From contig NC_043011.1 of assembly GCF_006345805.1 (NCBI RefSeq), positions 3,348,001-3,412,000 on the forward strand: a stretch of DNA of 64,000 nucleotides. The letters run 5' to 3'. Shown in pieces: positions 50,590 through 63,850 of this stretch. The DNA comes from Octopus sinensis. Its lineage: Eukaryota. How positions within the stretch are numbered: the stretch's first letter is position 1; each line of letters opens with the position of its first letter. Below the pieces are notes generated by a model, which did not search any database, had not been told where the DNA came from, and worked only from the letters and a program-made list of their open reading frames with translations. The position numbers were made by a program, and so were the translations under genes.

Positions 50590-51780
50590 ATGCATACACA
50601 CACATACACACACACACACAGAGGGATGATAGTAAAATTGATAATCAAAGCATCTCTGTCACAGACCAACAACTGGATCACTAATTCCCACTTTGAAGGA
50701 TATGCGTTTGCAATCCAGGAGCAGGAAATATCAGTCAAATACCTGATGCACAAGAGGGACAGAGACACAAGAAAAGCAACAAGATGTGATAACCAGTGCA
50801 GACTTTGTGGAAGATATCACCCTCATCATAAGCAGTTGTCTATAAATATCATGATTGTATTATCTTTGAATGAGATATGATGTTGTAGCTAAGACATTGT
50901 ATAATGAGATCTGCTGGAAGGATAATCTTGAGGCAATGGAAATAAGACCAGTAGAAGCCATAGCCACTCATTAGTAGAAATCATAGCCATATACTCTTAC
51001 TCTTTACTCTTTTACTTGTTTCAGTCATTTGACTGCAGCCATGCTGGAGCACCGCCTTCTAGTCGTGCAAATCGACCCCGGGACTTATTCTTTGTAAGCC
51101 CAGTACTTATTCTATCGCTCTCTTTTGCCGAACCGCTAAGTGACGGGGACGTAAACACACCAGCATCGGTTGTCAAGCAATGCTAGAGGGACAAACACAG
51201 ACACACAGACACACAGACATACACGCACACATATATATATATATACATATATACGACAGGCTTCTTTCAGTTTCCGTCTACCAAATCCACTCACAAGGCA
51301 TTGGTCGGCCCGGGACTATAGCAGAAGACACTTGCCCAAGATGCCACGCAGTGGGACTGAACCCGGAACCATGTGGTTGGTTTGCAAGCTACTTACCACA
51401 CAGCCACTCCTGTGCCTGGAGGAGTGTATCTGTGAAAAGCTCATTAAAATGTAAACATAAAAGACTTGACATAGTGATTTGGGATAGGGAAGAGAAACTG
51501 CGTACAGTTGTGGAAATCAGCTGCCCGGTGTATGTTAATATAAAACTGACGATCAATGGAAAAAGAGAATACTTATGCTGAACTGTTGAGAAATCTGCAG
51601 TTGCTTTATCCAGATTCCAAGCTCAGGTTTATATCTGTAATTACTGGTGCACTGGGATATGTAACACACTGCCTAAGTGCCAATCTTGAGAAATTAGGCT
51701 TCTCAAAACCAGAAAGGAGAAAGCTGATTCAAAGACTACAGATCCAATGCATTAATGAAACTATAAAAATCTGAAAAAGA
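50590..51780 (+). mobile_element. Degenerate REL-type LINE fragment split by a SINE
   Basis: EGYAFAIQEQEI..CDNQCRLC before the SINE; KRLDIVIWDRE..VVEISCP and TYAELLRNLQLLYP..ITGALG after it. Confidence 0.8.
50993..51416 (-). mobile_element. SINE family A copy
   Basis: Full reverse copy. Confidence 0.9.
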
Positions 51781-51978
51781 GGTAATTTCTACTCTGCTCC
51801 TCTGGAAGCTATCTACTCGCAATACCAGAGGGCGTACACTCTCCTACCCTGATGTAATCTCCAGGGATACAGGCATCCAGCAACAGGACCTCCGTAATGC
51901 CATGATGGACCGTGAAGTCTGGCGTAGCATGGTAAATTCCATTGTCTCGACCACAGTCGAACAATGATGATGATGATG
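51781..51978 (+). mobile_element. RTE-type LINE 3' end
   Basis: LLLWK..TRGRTLSYPDVISRDTG..DLRNAMMDREVWR, then a (GAT)n tail. Confidence 0.7.
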
Positions 51979-52248
51979 ATAAAAATCTGCAAAACTTTCT
52001 AGAAGCTTATCATTTAAGTATAAATGCACATGTCTAGACATGCAACTATATGCATGAGAAAAAATACATGCACACATAAAGTGAGACATACAAATCTGCA
52101 CGTGCACAGACTCCAAATTCTATACATATATACACATACATGCGAAAGTACCCTGTTGGTGTTGAAATTCTTATGAAGGAGTCTTGGATTTAAATTAGAA
52201 ACTGGCTCTTTCTATATTAGCAAGAAATCTTGAAATAAAACTGGAATA

Positions 52249-52521
52249 TGACACACATACATACACACATACACACATACATACATACATACATACATAC
52301 ATACATGCATGCATACATGCATACATACATACATACATACATACATACATACATACATGCATGCATACATGCATACATACATACATACATACATACATAC
52401 ATACATACATACATACATACATACATACATACATACATACATACACACACATACATACATATATATATATATACACACATACATACACACACATACATAC
52501 ATACATCCATACATACATCCA

Positions 52522-52555
<34 letters not shown>

Positions 52556-52668
52556 CATACATACATGCATACATACATACATACATACATACATGCATAC
52601 ACATATACACACACATACACACTTACATACATACATATATACATACATACATATATACATACATACAA
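52249..52668. repeat. (CATA)n microsatellite
   Basis: Direct reading; source of the HT/YVCM ORFs. Confidence 0.97.
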
Positions 52669-53005
52669 TTTGTTGAGTATAGAATAGGAGCCATCAAATT
52701 CTCTGCTTGAAATCACATCCTTTAGTGACTCAGTTATGTATATCTCTCATACAGTTTATCATATTAGGATATAACTTCTAAGTCTAATCTTCATGTCCAA
52801 GCTTCACTCTACTCAACCATTATTATTCTGAAAGTCAGCCTACTCACATAAAAAGTTAGTTACTTCATGCCACTCATTTTTTCATAGGTTATCCACAACC
52901 AGGACTTCCAATTCATTGAATTCAAAGTTGCCTTCCTCCACTCCTCCAATCTCTGCCGTTCCTGATTTTGTAACTCCTCCAACTACGAACAATTTGTAGA
53001 CTCTC

Positions 53006-53850
53006 TCTCTTACTCTTTACTCTTTTACTTGTTTCAGTCATTTGACTGTGGCCATGTTGGAGCACCACCTTTAGTCGAGCAACTCGACCCCGGGACTTAT
53101 TCTTTTGTAAGCCCAGTACTTATTCTATCGGTCTCTTTTTGCCGAACCACTAAGTGACGGGGACGTAAACACACCAGCAGCGGTTGTCAAGCAATGCTAG
53201 GGGGACAAACACAGACACACAAAGATACACTCAAACACATATATATATATAGGCGCAGGAGTGGCTGTGTGGTAAGTAGCTTGCTTATGAACTACATGGT
53301 TCCGGGTTCAGTCCCACTGCGTGGCACCTTGGGCAAGTATCTTCTACTATAGCCTCGGGCCGACCAAAGCCTTGTGAGTAGATTTGGTAGACGGAAACTG
53401 AAAGAAGCCTGTCGTATGTATATATATATGTGTGTGCATGTATGTTTGTGTGTCTCTGTTTGTCCCCCTGGCATTGTTTGACAACCGATGCTGGTGTGTT
53501 TATGTCCCCGCCACTTAGCGGTTCGGCAAAAGAGACCGATAGAATAAGTACTGGGCTTACAAAAGAATAAGTCCTGGGGTCGAGTTGCTCGATTAAAGGT
53601 GGTGCTCCAACATGGCCACAGTCAAATGACTGAAACAAGTAAAAAGAGAAAAAAAAAAAGATATATGACGGGCTTCTTTCAGTTTCCGTCTATCAAATCC
53701 ACTCACAAGGCTTTGGTCGGCCCAAGGCTATAGTAGAAGACACCTGCCCAAGGTGCCACACAGTGGAACTGAACCCGGAACCATGTGGTTGGTAAGCAAG
53801 CTATTTACCACACAGCCACTCCTGTGCCTACTTACCACACAGCCACTCCT
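53006..53850. mobile_element. SINE A (+, about 53270-53660) nested inside SINE A (-)
   Basis: The minus copy's tail (53006-53250) and head (53665-53830) flank a full plus copy. Confidence 0.85.
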
Positions 53851-55364
53851 GACTATTTCAGAAATTAAGATACATATCTCATTTTAGCAATCTCTAAGTT
53901 ACAACGACGTGGGTTCCAGGTGATCCAATCAATGGAACAGCCTGCTCAGGAAATTAATGTGCAAGTGGCTGGAGCACTCCAGAGACACACGTACCCTTAA
54001 AATAGTTCTCAAGGAGATCTAGCATGATACAGAATATGACAAAGCTGCTTTTTTGAATTCCAAGTACAACTCATTTTTGCCAGCTGAGGACAGGAGCAAC
54101 GAGAAATAATGTCTTTCTCAACGACACAACATACCATCTGGAATTGAACTCACAAATCTACGATTGTGAGCTGATTTACCCTAATCACCAAGTCATGCAC
54201 CTCTCTCATTCTATTACTCTCTAAAAGCCATCGTGTTTTTGTCATTTCGCCAATAGAGTTTCAATGTTGCAACTTGGCTTAAAATGACAGAATAGCTTGA
54301 GCTTCTCTTGACTTGAAGTTTGAAACTACCTTGGGAAAGTTTCATAGAATTTGCATTCCATTTGGAAAACGGTTCTACATCAAAAATGCTACATTTGAAT
54401 CTGAAATCCCTATTCTTAAGAACTTCAATGTTCACAATTCTTGGATATTATCTTCATCAGATTCAGCAGCTAGGCTCTCAGAACCTACAATTCATGCATG
54501 AAGATGAAATGATAACCGCTCTTATTAATTCAGTTGTCTGAAGCAAGGCAACTCAGCCATGAAATCCATAACCAATCTACAATATAAACTGTCTCTATTT
54601 AGACATTGCTATTATGTTTACACAATCAGTAATAAAAGATTTTAGTCATTCAGAGAGTCAAACTATGCATGAAATGTAGACCAGTAAGAAACTGAGATTA
54701 TTATTAAACTATGCTAGGGCAGATAAGTGCTGTCGTTTCTACAGACTAATATCTAGTATAATGATTGATTGAATTACACTTCTAAATCTGTGATCAGCAG
54801 TGAAAATGTCCATAAATAGTTGTGAAATTAAAACAACCAATGCAGCAAAATATCAACTCAGCTTCTGAAATTGTCTTCTATAATAATCCCAATCATGTCT
54901 CCAGTATTTATCTCTGTTATTAATTTGATTGACTCTTGTAAGATGAAAGATAAATTTGATTACAGTAAGATTTAAATTCAGAACATAACTAAATATTCCA
55001 GCTCACACTGTAACCTTGTACAGTGAGTGAGTGATGAATCAGGGTTCTCAGAAGTCATTAAGCAGGCAACAGGTAGATAGAAACAATCAGGCAGAAGGGA
55101 TTTTTTTTTATTTATTAATTTTAGATTTAGAATAGAAAAATGCAAAAATAGAAAAAAATGTAAAAATTAAATAACACATGAAAAGAATAAAACAAAACCC
55201 ATTATATAAGATAATTAGGGAAGTAGTGTAATGATAAGCAAGGCTGTGTCTCATTAAAGATTAAAACTTAGGATACATTCCAGTACAGCAACACCTTAAT
55301 TAACAGTTCAAGATTGAAAAGGAGATTCTTATCCAGAAAAGATTCCTACTATTTCTCATTGCAG

Positions 55365-56484
55365 TAAAGGACCCACGACAAAACGATTGCAGTACTTGGA
55401 TCTCATTGGTGAAGAAGGTTCCATCCTGTTGGTCAAAAAGTCATCAATAGCCAATAAGATGTCATCATCACTGTGATACTGATTCCCAGTCAAGTGTTTT
55501 GTCATGCTAGGGAACGGATGATTGTCAGATGAGGCCAAATCAGGGGGATAGCGATGGTTATCAATCCGTTCAAAGCCACAGTCATGCACAGCAGCCATTG
55601 AAACCAAGGGCTTGTGTGCATTTTTCTGATGAAACAAAACCCCTTTCATCAGTTTTCTAAGGCTTTTCATCGTGATAGCGTTTTGTAATTACCTCAGCAA
55701 GTTGACATAGGGTTCTCTATTGATGGTGTGGCTTTTTTGAAGATAACCAATTAACACAATGTCTTTTGCATCTCAAAAAACTGAGGCCATCACCTTCTCT
55801 GTAGACGAAACAACTTTGGCTTTCTTTGGAGTAGGTGAAGTGGTAATTTTCTGTTGCAGAGACTGTATTTGTCTATAGCTCAAAGTGATGAAACCAATAC
55901 TCATCCTGGGTTAGAAAGGAAGCTATCTGGGTCTGTTTGAAACAATGTCATATTTCCCTGTAATGTGATTCGTCCAATGTGCTTTTGATCAAGAGTCAGA
56001 AGACAGGGCACCCTCCTGAGCAGAAACCTTCATCATACTAAGTTCATTGAGCAGAATATTCTTAACTCTTACATGGAATAAACTAAGAGCATTGGCTATT
56101 TGATTTATAGAAAATTTCCTGTCATCAATCACCATGTGATGGACATGATCTATGTTTTCTTTGGTGGTGGCAGTTGCAGGATATCCAGACATAGTGTCAT
56201 CTTCAAGACTCTCCCTTCCCCTTCTAAATTCAGCTGCCCATCACTCCTAAGCATGTCAGCATGAACGTTCTTGGGAGCTAAACCCTTTTTTTTTCTGCAG
56301 GAACTTGATAGCACTAGGATGCCAAATTTTGTCCCTTTTCAAGAGAAGTTGCTACTAGTTCCTTTTACTTTGAAAGAAATAATATGGAAAGAAACTATAT
56401 AGTTTCTTACTTAGAAAGAAACAATAAGAAGGGTTGCAATTAATGCATGCAACATTTCATGGCTATACCCCAACACCTTCATAA
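55365..56484 (-). mobile_element. Degenerate mariner transposon
   Basis: SGYPATATTKENIDHVHHMVIDDRK..MMKVSA, ITLMSYRQY-like region, FHQKNAH and YPPDLASSDNHPF motifs with frameshifts. Confidence 0.85.
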
Positions 56485-56742
56485 TCAGAACCATTGAAAT
56501 GAAATGTCAGCATTATTTTCATTTTTGCATAATTTAGATGACAACTTATTCACCACCCTCTCTCTTTCTCTCTCTCTCTCTATATATTATATATATATAT
56601 ATATATATATCCCCTATTATCCTTCTGGCGTCTATCGTCTGACCTCTGACTTCTGCCTGAAATCAGAATGCCATGATGGACTGTTAGCTCCTACATGCAT
56701 TTTTTTCTCTCCGTTTTTCTCTCCTTGTTTCTTTTCTGTGTA

Positions 56743-56780
56743 TCTTTCTGTTGAAGAGCGTAGGCTCGAAAAGTAAAAGA
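56743..56780 (+). ncRNA. Degenerate minimal hammerhead-like motif
   Basis: TCTTT-CTGTTGA-A-GAGC GTAG GCTC-GAAA-AG-TA-AAAGA; the A6 position and stem III are mutated. Confidence 0.4.
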
Positions 56781-58030
56781 CTTGTTTTATTTCTATTCCT
56801 GAGCGCTATACTAATACAATTGTTTGTTTGTACTCCACCTGCTTTCGTCTTTTGTTTATTTTCGTAAACCTTCCCGTTATATATATATATATCAGGTTTT
56901 TTTAGAGTTCCCATATAAAATAAGGCATTGGCCTCCCAGAAGTTTAGTAGGCCCATCTATGAAGAGTGCTACACAGTGGAATCATGTCCAGAACAATGTG
57001 CTGGTGAAGTAAACTTCTGAAGATGCTTATGGCTTGGAAGAATACAATTCACTTTTGAGACAAGATCATTTTGGAAAGAGGAATGACATTTAGACTTAGT
57101 TCTTCTCAATAAAAGATATTATAAGCTGAAGGGAAAAGAAAAGATCAAGATACAATATTTAGGGAGCAGCTTTATGTAGCTGAAGGCCAATATGACTAAT
57201 TTACCCAGAGGGAGGAGAAATTTCATTTACTGTTACTGAACAAAATAAGACGATTTGAATTACAAGATTTACTCTCTCTCTTTCTCTCTCTTTCTCTCTC
57301 TCTTCCTCTCTCTCTCTCTCTTTCTCTCTCTCTTCCTCTCTCTCTCTCTCTCTTCCTGTATCTCTCCTCTTTTTCTCTATCTCTTGCTCTTATTCTTACA
57401 CCCTTCTTCTTTCTCTATCTTATCTAGAGAAAAGAAGTACTTTGTTTTGTCAACAATAATCAATATTGAATACTTTATAAAGAAAACAAACTCCAGAAAC
57501 AATTTCTTACACACAAAAACAAGGAATTGAAAAATGGATAGATCTAACTATTTGGCATTAGCTAATTCTGTATGCATAGCACACTTGCAAACTAAGTACC
57601 TCAACAAATGAAATTGTACAAATATTTCTGGAAAAAAAAAAATGAAAGCATTTTTTTAATACTGCTGAATTTGCTCTGCAACTTTTGTTTTATTTATTCA
57701 ATTAAAAATTTAGAAAATATTTTATTAACTTAAATAGTAATGTTTCACAAGTTATATGATTTTGTAGGATATATGAAGAGAGAGGGAGAGAGAAGGATTG
57801 AATGTAAGAATATCCTACACAGATACCAAGAAATTCAGAATTGATATTCAGCATTTTAAAATCAGTGAACTGTAGTCCAGTTCTACTCAGACTAAGATTT
57901 GGTATAACTGTCTTTCTGCCTACCATTCCACATGCATTCTTCTAAATTGTAAACATTTCATCCCATCTTCCTTATAAGAATACTTACTCTGCTACAGTAC
58001 TAATGAAGGTGCCTCATTTAACATGCTAGG

Positions 58031-59879
58031 AATAACAGCCAATCTTCATCTGCCCATGCTATTTTGTTTTAAATGAAGGGTATATGATGTGATGTAGTTA
58101 TTCATAATTGTAGAAAGTGGTTTGGTCATGATTCAAATGCTTTTAACCATAGGTCTGCTCCTTCAGGGTTAACAACAACCACCATGTAGCAGCAAGAGGC
58201 CCTCTACATGGTTAAATGACCTGTTAGAAACTGCAAACAAATATTCTAGAAATTGTACCTGCGTAAGTGCAGGAGTGGCTGTGTGGTAAGTAGCTTTCTA
58301 ACCAACCATATGGTTCCGGGTTCAATCCCACTGCGTGGCATCTTGGGCAAGTGTCTTCTGCTATAGCCCCGGGCCGACCAATGCCTTGTGTGTGGATTTG
58401 GTAGATGGAAAATGAAAGAAGCCTGTTGTATATATGTATATATATGTATATGTATGTGTGTGTGTGTGTTTGTGTGTCTGTGTTTGTCTCCCTAGCATTG
58501 CTTGACAACCGATGCTGGTGTGTTTATGTCCCCGTCACTTAGCGGTTCGGCAAAAGAGAACGATAGAATAAGTACTAGGCTTACAAAGAATAAGTCCTGG
58601 GGTCGATTTGCTCAACTAAAGGTGGTGCTCCAGCATAGCCACAGTCAACTGAATGAAACAAGTAAAAGAGTAAAGGAGTACCATTTTCAAAAGGGTATAC
58701 TCACTGGATAATGTACTTAAAAGATACTCAACCTGAAATGAAACGGTGGGATAATAGTTGAACATTGAAAGCTTTTAAACAGAAGGTTTGTTTTGTCAAG
58801 GCTTAACTTACTCTGTTATATGGTACCTGCACTTTAACCTTTCCATTAACAATGTAAATGTCTCTTCTATTCTTTACTTTGGTAGTCTAAAAGTAACTGT
58901 AGCCATAACATTGGGAATCAAGGGTCCACAATATTCGTGCCAATCTATAAGGAAATTGATTTCTCAATTGTGACACAAACTTAAGAAAATCAACTAAATA
59001 AACAATCATTTATCATCAAGTTAGTTTTACAAGATTTATTTTATTTTGAACTGAAGAGTAAGCAAAAATATCTGACCTGTGTAAAGAACTGAATTTTAAA
59101 TATTGACTAAGAAGTTAATTTTCTCAGAAAACAATGATGAATTGTACAATAGCTTTTCTACTAAATAGCTGTCACTTTATCTATTAACAAAGATCAGATT
59201 TTGCTTCTAAGCATGAAACTTAAATTTTCTGTTAAATTAATTTCTAATTCATTGAAATTATTTTCCTTTTACATTGAGATTCACAAACAACTGCTTCAAG
59301 GTTTCCATTTTCTTTCTCCAAATAAACGGCAAATTTCATTAAAATTCTTTGCACATTGTCATTTAGTACATCACTACCAAATCTAAATTCATGCTACTGA
59401 CCAACTTATTTCATTTGAGTCACTTTGTAATTAAGCAAAAAGCATGTAATGACCAATAAAGGCTTCATTGATAGCTATAAAATGCTTAAATGCATACACA
59501 GAAAAAGATAATGAATTGTATAATGAAGAGCAATGTCCTGAAGCTTCTTTGTTATGGAGAAGCCTTTAATGTAATCTTCAGTCAATTATGAAATACAACT
59601 GCAGTGTACAAGAGAGCTGACCATAACAAGAAAATACATAAAGTGAATCCTTTGATGTGGTTTTTCTCTTTTTATCTTCAAGTCATCAAACTGTGATCAT
59701 GCAGGGGCCACCGCCTTGAAGAATTTTAGTCAAAACAATCAACCCCAGTGCTTATTGTTTTTGAAAGCTTGGTACTTATACCATCAGTTCTTTTGTCGAA
59801 CTGCTAAGTTACAGGGACTTAAATACACCAACACCAGTTGATAGGTGGTAAGGGGAGGGGGACAAACACAGACACAAAG

Positions 59880-59940
<61 letters not shown>

Positions 59941-60500
59941 CATATGTATATACAACAGGCTTCTTTCAGTTTCCATCTACCAAAAACACTCAAAAAGCTT
60001 TGGGTAGCTGAAGGCTATAGTAGAAGAGAATTGTCCAAGGTGCCATGCAGTGGGGGTGAACCTAGAACCATGTAGTTGGGAAGCAAACTTCTGACCACAC
60101 AGTCACATGCTACAATTGGTTGGTCACTATTTTGAATTGTGTCTCTTAGAATGTATTCATATCAAACATCCAATGAAAATATATGTATGCATGTGAGTGT
60201 AAATAACACCAAATCTTCATCTGCCCATGCTGTTTTGTTTTAAATGAAGGATATATGATGTAACGTAGTTATTCATAATTGTAGAAAGTGGTTTGGTCAT
60301 GACAGAAATGCTTTTAACCATAGATCTGCTCCTTCGGGGTTAACGACAACCGCCATGTAGCAGCAAGAGACCCTCTACATGGTTAAATGACCTGTTAGAA
60401 ACTGCAAACAAGTATTCTAGAAATTGTACCTTGCCATCTTCAAAAGGGTAAATCTCACTGGATAATGGACTTAAAAGATACTCAACCTGAAATGAAACGG

Positions 60501-60501
<1 letters not shown>
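58031..60501. repeat. Direct duplication of ~300 bp: copy 1 (58031-58260 and 58680-58747) split by a SINE, copy 2 (60202-60501) empty
   Basis: Alignable at roughly 90% by eye from AATCTTCATCTGCCCATGCT to CCTGAAATGAAACGGT. Confidence 0.85.
58264..58679 (+). mobile_element. SINE family A copy
   Basis: Full copy. Confidence 0.9.
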
Positions 60502-60534
<33 letters not shown>

Positions 60535-61362
60535 CACACACATACACACACACGCACACACACATACACATGCACACACACACATATAATTATCATCGTT
60601 CATACACTTTTTAGTGCTTGCATAGATCAGATGGAATTTGTTGAGGCAGATTTTCTATGGATGGATACCCTTCCTGTCACCAAGCACAGTAGCAATATTT
60701 CTCCACAGAATACTGAAAGCAAACAATGTCACTTGTATGATGGTGATACTCATTTACATTCATCACATGATGTTAAAACAAGGGTGCAAACACACACAAA
60801 TACGTCGGGTTTCTTTCACTTTCACTTTCTGTCTGCCAAATCTACTCACAAGGCTTTGTTCAGCCTGAGGCAATAATAGGAGATACTTGCTCAAGATACC
60901 ATGCAGTGGGGCAGAATCTAAGACTACGTGATTGGGAAGAAGCAAGCTTTCTTAACCATAGAGTCACAAGTGTATGCTAGGCTGTGTGGTTAAGAAGTTT
61001 GCTTACCATCCACGTGGTTTCATGTTCATTCTCACTGCCCAGCATCTTGGGTAAGTACCTTACAATACCCTTGGGTCAACCAAAGCCTTTTTTAGTGGCT
61101 TTGGTAGGCAGAATCTACACACTGTTGAGTGTATGCATGTGTGTGAGTGTGCTCATGTCTCCTTTTCTGGGTTGCATGTGAATATAGATCTTGTCATATC
61201 CAAATTGATTTCCTCATTGATGATTTTATAAAGCTATATGAAGCACTTTGGTATGAGACACAAAATTAAAATGAATATTTATATTAATATTTTCTCATGT
61301 CTATTAGCTTGCACTATAATATGTTTTATATTAAGTATCACTTCTGCAACACACACACACAC

Positions 61363-61401
<39 letters not shown>

Positions 61402-61534
61402 TTCTTTTAACCTGAGTTGACCTTGAAAGGATTTGAATTCTGAGCAGTCAGAAGAAATTCTGCAAACGATGCAATCCAACCCCTAACAGTCGTTAATTCT
61501 CACTACTTCTCTCTTTCTGTGTCTCTGTCTCTGA

Positions 61535-61615
<81 letters not shown>

Positions 61616-61668
61616 GCATACACACACACATAGTGAATTTGGTTTGTTTAATGACTCTCCCAAGACAA

Positions 61669-61706
<38 letters not shown>

Positions 61707-61914
61707 GTATGTATGTATATATGTTTGTGGGCATATATGTATTTATGCATACACATACATGGATACATATATACATATAGACACGCACACCAAGCATAAT
61801 CCAGTGAAGTATAAAAATATCACTTACATTGGGTCACAGAACACTGACTGGCAAATTTTAGACTAATATATTTTCTGTCAATAAATCTACACACGATTCT
61901 CACTGCTAGTTTAC

Positions 61915-62079
61915 CATTTTTCTTTTTATATCTCATCTTTTTGCGAAGTCTTTTATTATTATTTTTTTTTCTCTTTTCTTGAGAGATTTCTTTACTCTCT
62001 TTTAGCAGTAACATGGACAGCTTCAATGTGATTTCTTTCCAGAATTCTATCAATGGTTCAATAATGGCTGGATTTAGAA
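61915..62079 (-). CDS. Candidate exon (LNPAIIEPLIEFWKEITLKLSMLLLKESKEISQEKRKKNNNKRLRKKMRYKKKN)
   Basis: Strong acceptor ttttttccttcctttcatttcag and donor G|gtaaac; 165 nt, phase 1 to 1, fully open. Confidence 0.38.
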
Positions 62080-62830
62080 CTGAAATGAAAGGAAGGAAAA
62101 AAAATGCAGAAAAAATAAATAAGATAAATCAATTTAAATCGAAGGATGCAACTAAATTTAAAATAGTAGGCAATCAAGGGAGAAATATGTAAATAGTGTG
62201 CTAAGAATTACAATTGGCAATCTGAAGTTGAGACAGAGATAGAAGTTTATAGGCATACTAGTATATCCATACCATCAAAAATGGCAGTTATATATTCATC
62301 ATTTTTTTTTTTTCAGTTTTGAAAGAATTAAGCTGAAAATAGTATTTGATAACTGCATCATCATGACATACATTCCATTTATTTGATAAAGATTTATATA
62401 GTAAAAGTAATTAAAGTTTTATTGAAAATGTTTTGGAAGTCCACATTCAAAGAGAATTAAATATGAGGGAAAGTTAAATATAAAATGTTTTTACATTTTA
62501 TGGAGTTGAAAACAATAAAATTGTCTTTTAAGATTTCTCCAACAATAATTCTGTTAAATTACTGGTGAGCATCTGCCATCAAAAACGACTGCATTTCAAA
62601 TATATATTTAAAGTTATTCATATTAATGACTGATGCCAAAAAATGCAGAATAATTCTACAGAGCTTATTGTTCACAGTCTTGTTACTTTGGTTCATGTGA
62701 ATCATATTACTGACAACATCCATTGGAAATTATGCTCCTTAAAAGGGGCTGAACCCATAACCTTATTTTAAATTCTACTACAAAACGTTGGGATAAAAAG
62801 TTGTATAAACAGTATAAATAAACAATTTAG

Positions 62831-62889
62831 TGGGACAGAAAAGATATGTAGGTGCAGAAAAGATATGTAGGGGACAGAAAAGATATGTA
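62831..62889. repeat. Three tandem 19-20-bp units (CAGAAAAGATATGTA core) at a SINE head
   Basis: Direct reading. Confidence 0.8.
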
Positions 62890-63229
62890 TGACTGTGTGA
62901 TAAGAAGTCTGCTTCCCAACTATATGGTTCTGGGTTCAGTCCCACTGTGTGGAATCTTAGGCAGGTGTCTTCTATTATAATCTCGGGCTGACCAAAGTCT
63001 TGGGAGCAGATTTGGTTGAAGGAAACTGAAAGGAGCCTGTTGTATATGCGTGCATGTCTTTGTGTGTGTTTGTCCTCCATCACAGCTTGTCAACTGGTGT
63101 TGGTGTATTTAAATCCTGGTAATTTAGCAGTTCAACAAAAGAGACTAATAGAACAAGTACCAGGCTTTAAAAATGATATGAAGTACTGGAGTTGATTTGT
63201 TTGACTGAAATTCTTCAAGTCTAATGATT

Positions 63230-63850
63230 GAAACAAGAAAAAGAAAATCAATATAAGATAACAAAAATCATTGGGACGAGAAAAACCCTGGAAAGAAGAG
63301 CAGAGACAAGTTTGTAAATTCTAGCTGCACAGTGTTTGCTGGTATGGAAATGACAGTGCAAACTGCCTTTACACACACCCAGGACTGAGCCACAATTGCA
63401 TGAGGCAGGACAAAAACTTCCCTCCGAAGAGAGCACAGGATAAATAAAGATACCAAAGGGGTAAAAATTGCACACCACCTGTACCGAAAGATGGAATGCA
63501 CCTACAACAAGAGTTACATGCAATATACGAGTCGACTGATGACAATAATATGCAATTAATGCTGGAACATTCCAGGCCCTACTCTATCAGCAGACAAAGT
63601 TAAATGTAATGCAGACAAACCATACTGGCCCTGGAAGGATTGCAGTCCCTGAAACACAATCAGTGTGTGACCTGGGCATTGACATGAGTAATGAAGCATC
63701 CTCTCATCTGTGTATTACTAAGTTGGCAAGGAAATGCAGGCAGCTGACCAGGTGGATTCATAGAACTTTCTGCACAAGAAAGCAGGAAAGCATAATAGTT
63801 CTCTGGAAGGCATTGGTCTTAAGCTGTCTTAAATATTGCTCGCAACTATG
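63230..63850 (+). mobile_element. Decayed CR1/L2-type LINE fragments
   Basis: SVCDLGIDMS..CRQLTRWIHRTFCTR..LWKALVLSCLKYCSQL matches the post-RT region; a Cys/His-rich ORF1-like remnant lies upstream. Confidence 0.7.

Noticed and set aside
62831-62889. Short direct repeats resembling a CRISPR array
   Set aside because: They are adjacent tandem units without unique spacers, in eukaryotic DNA.
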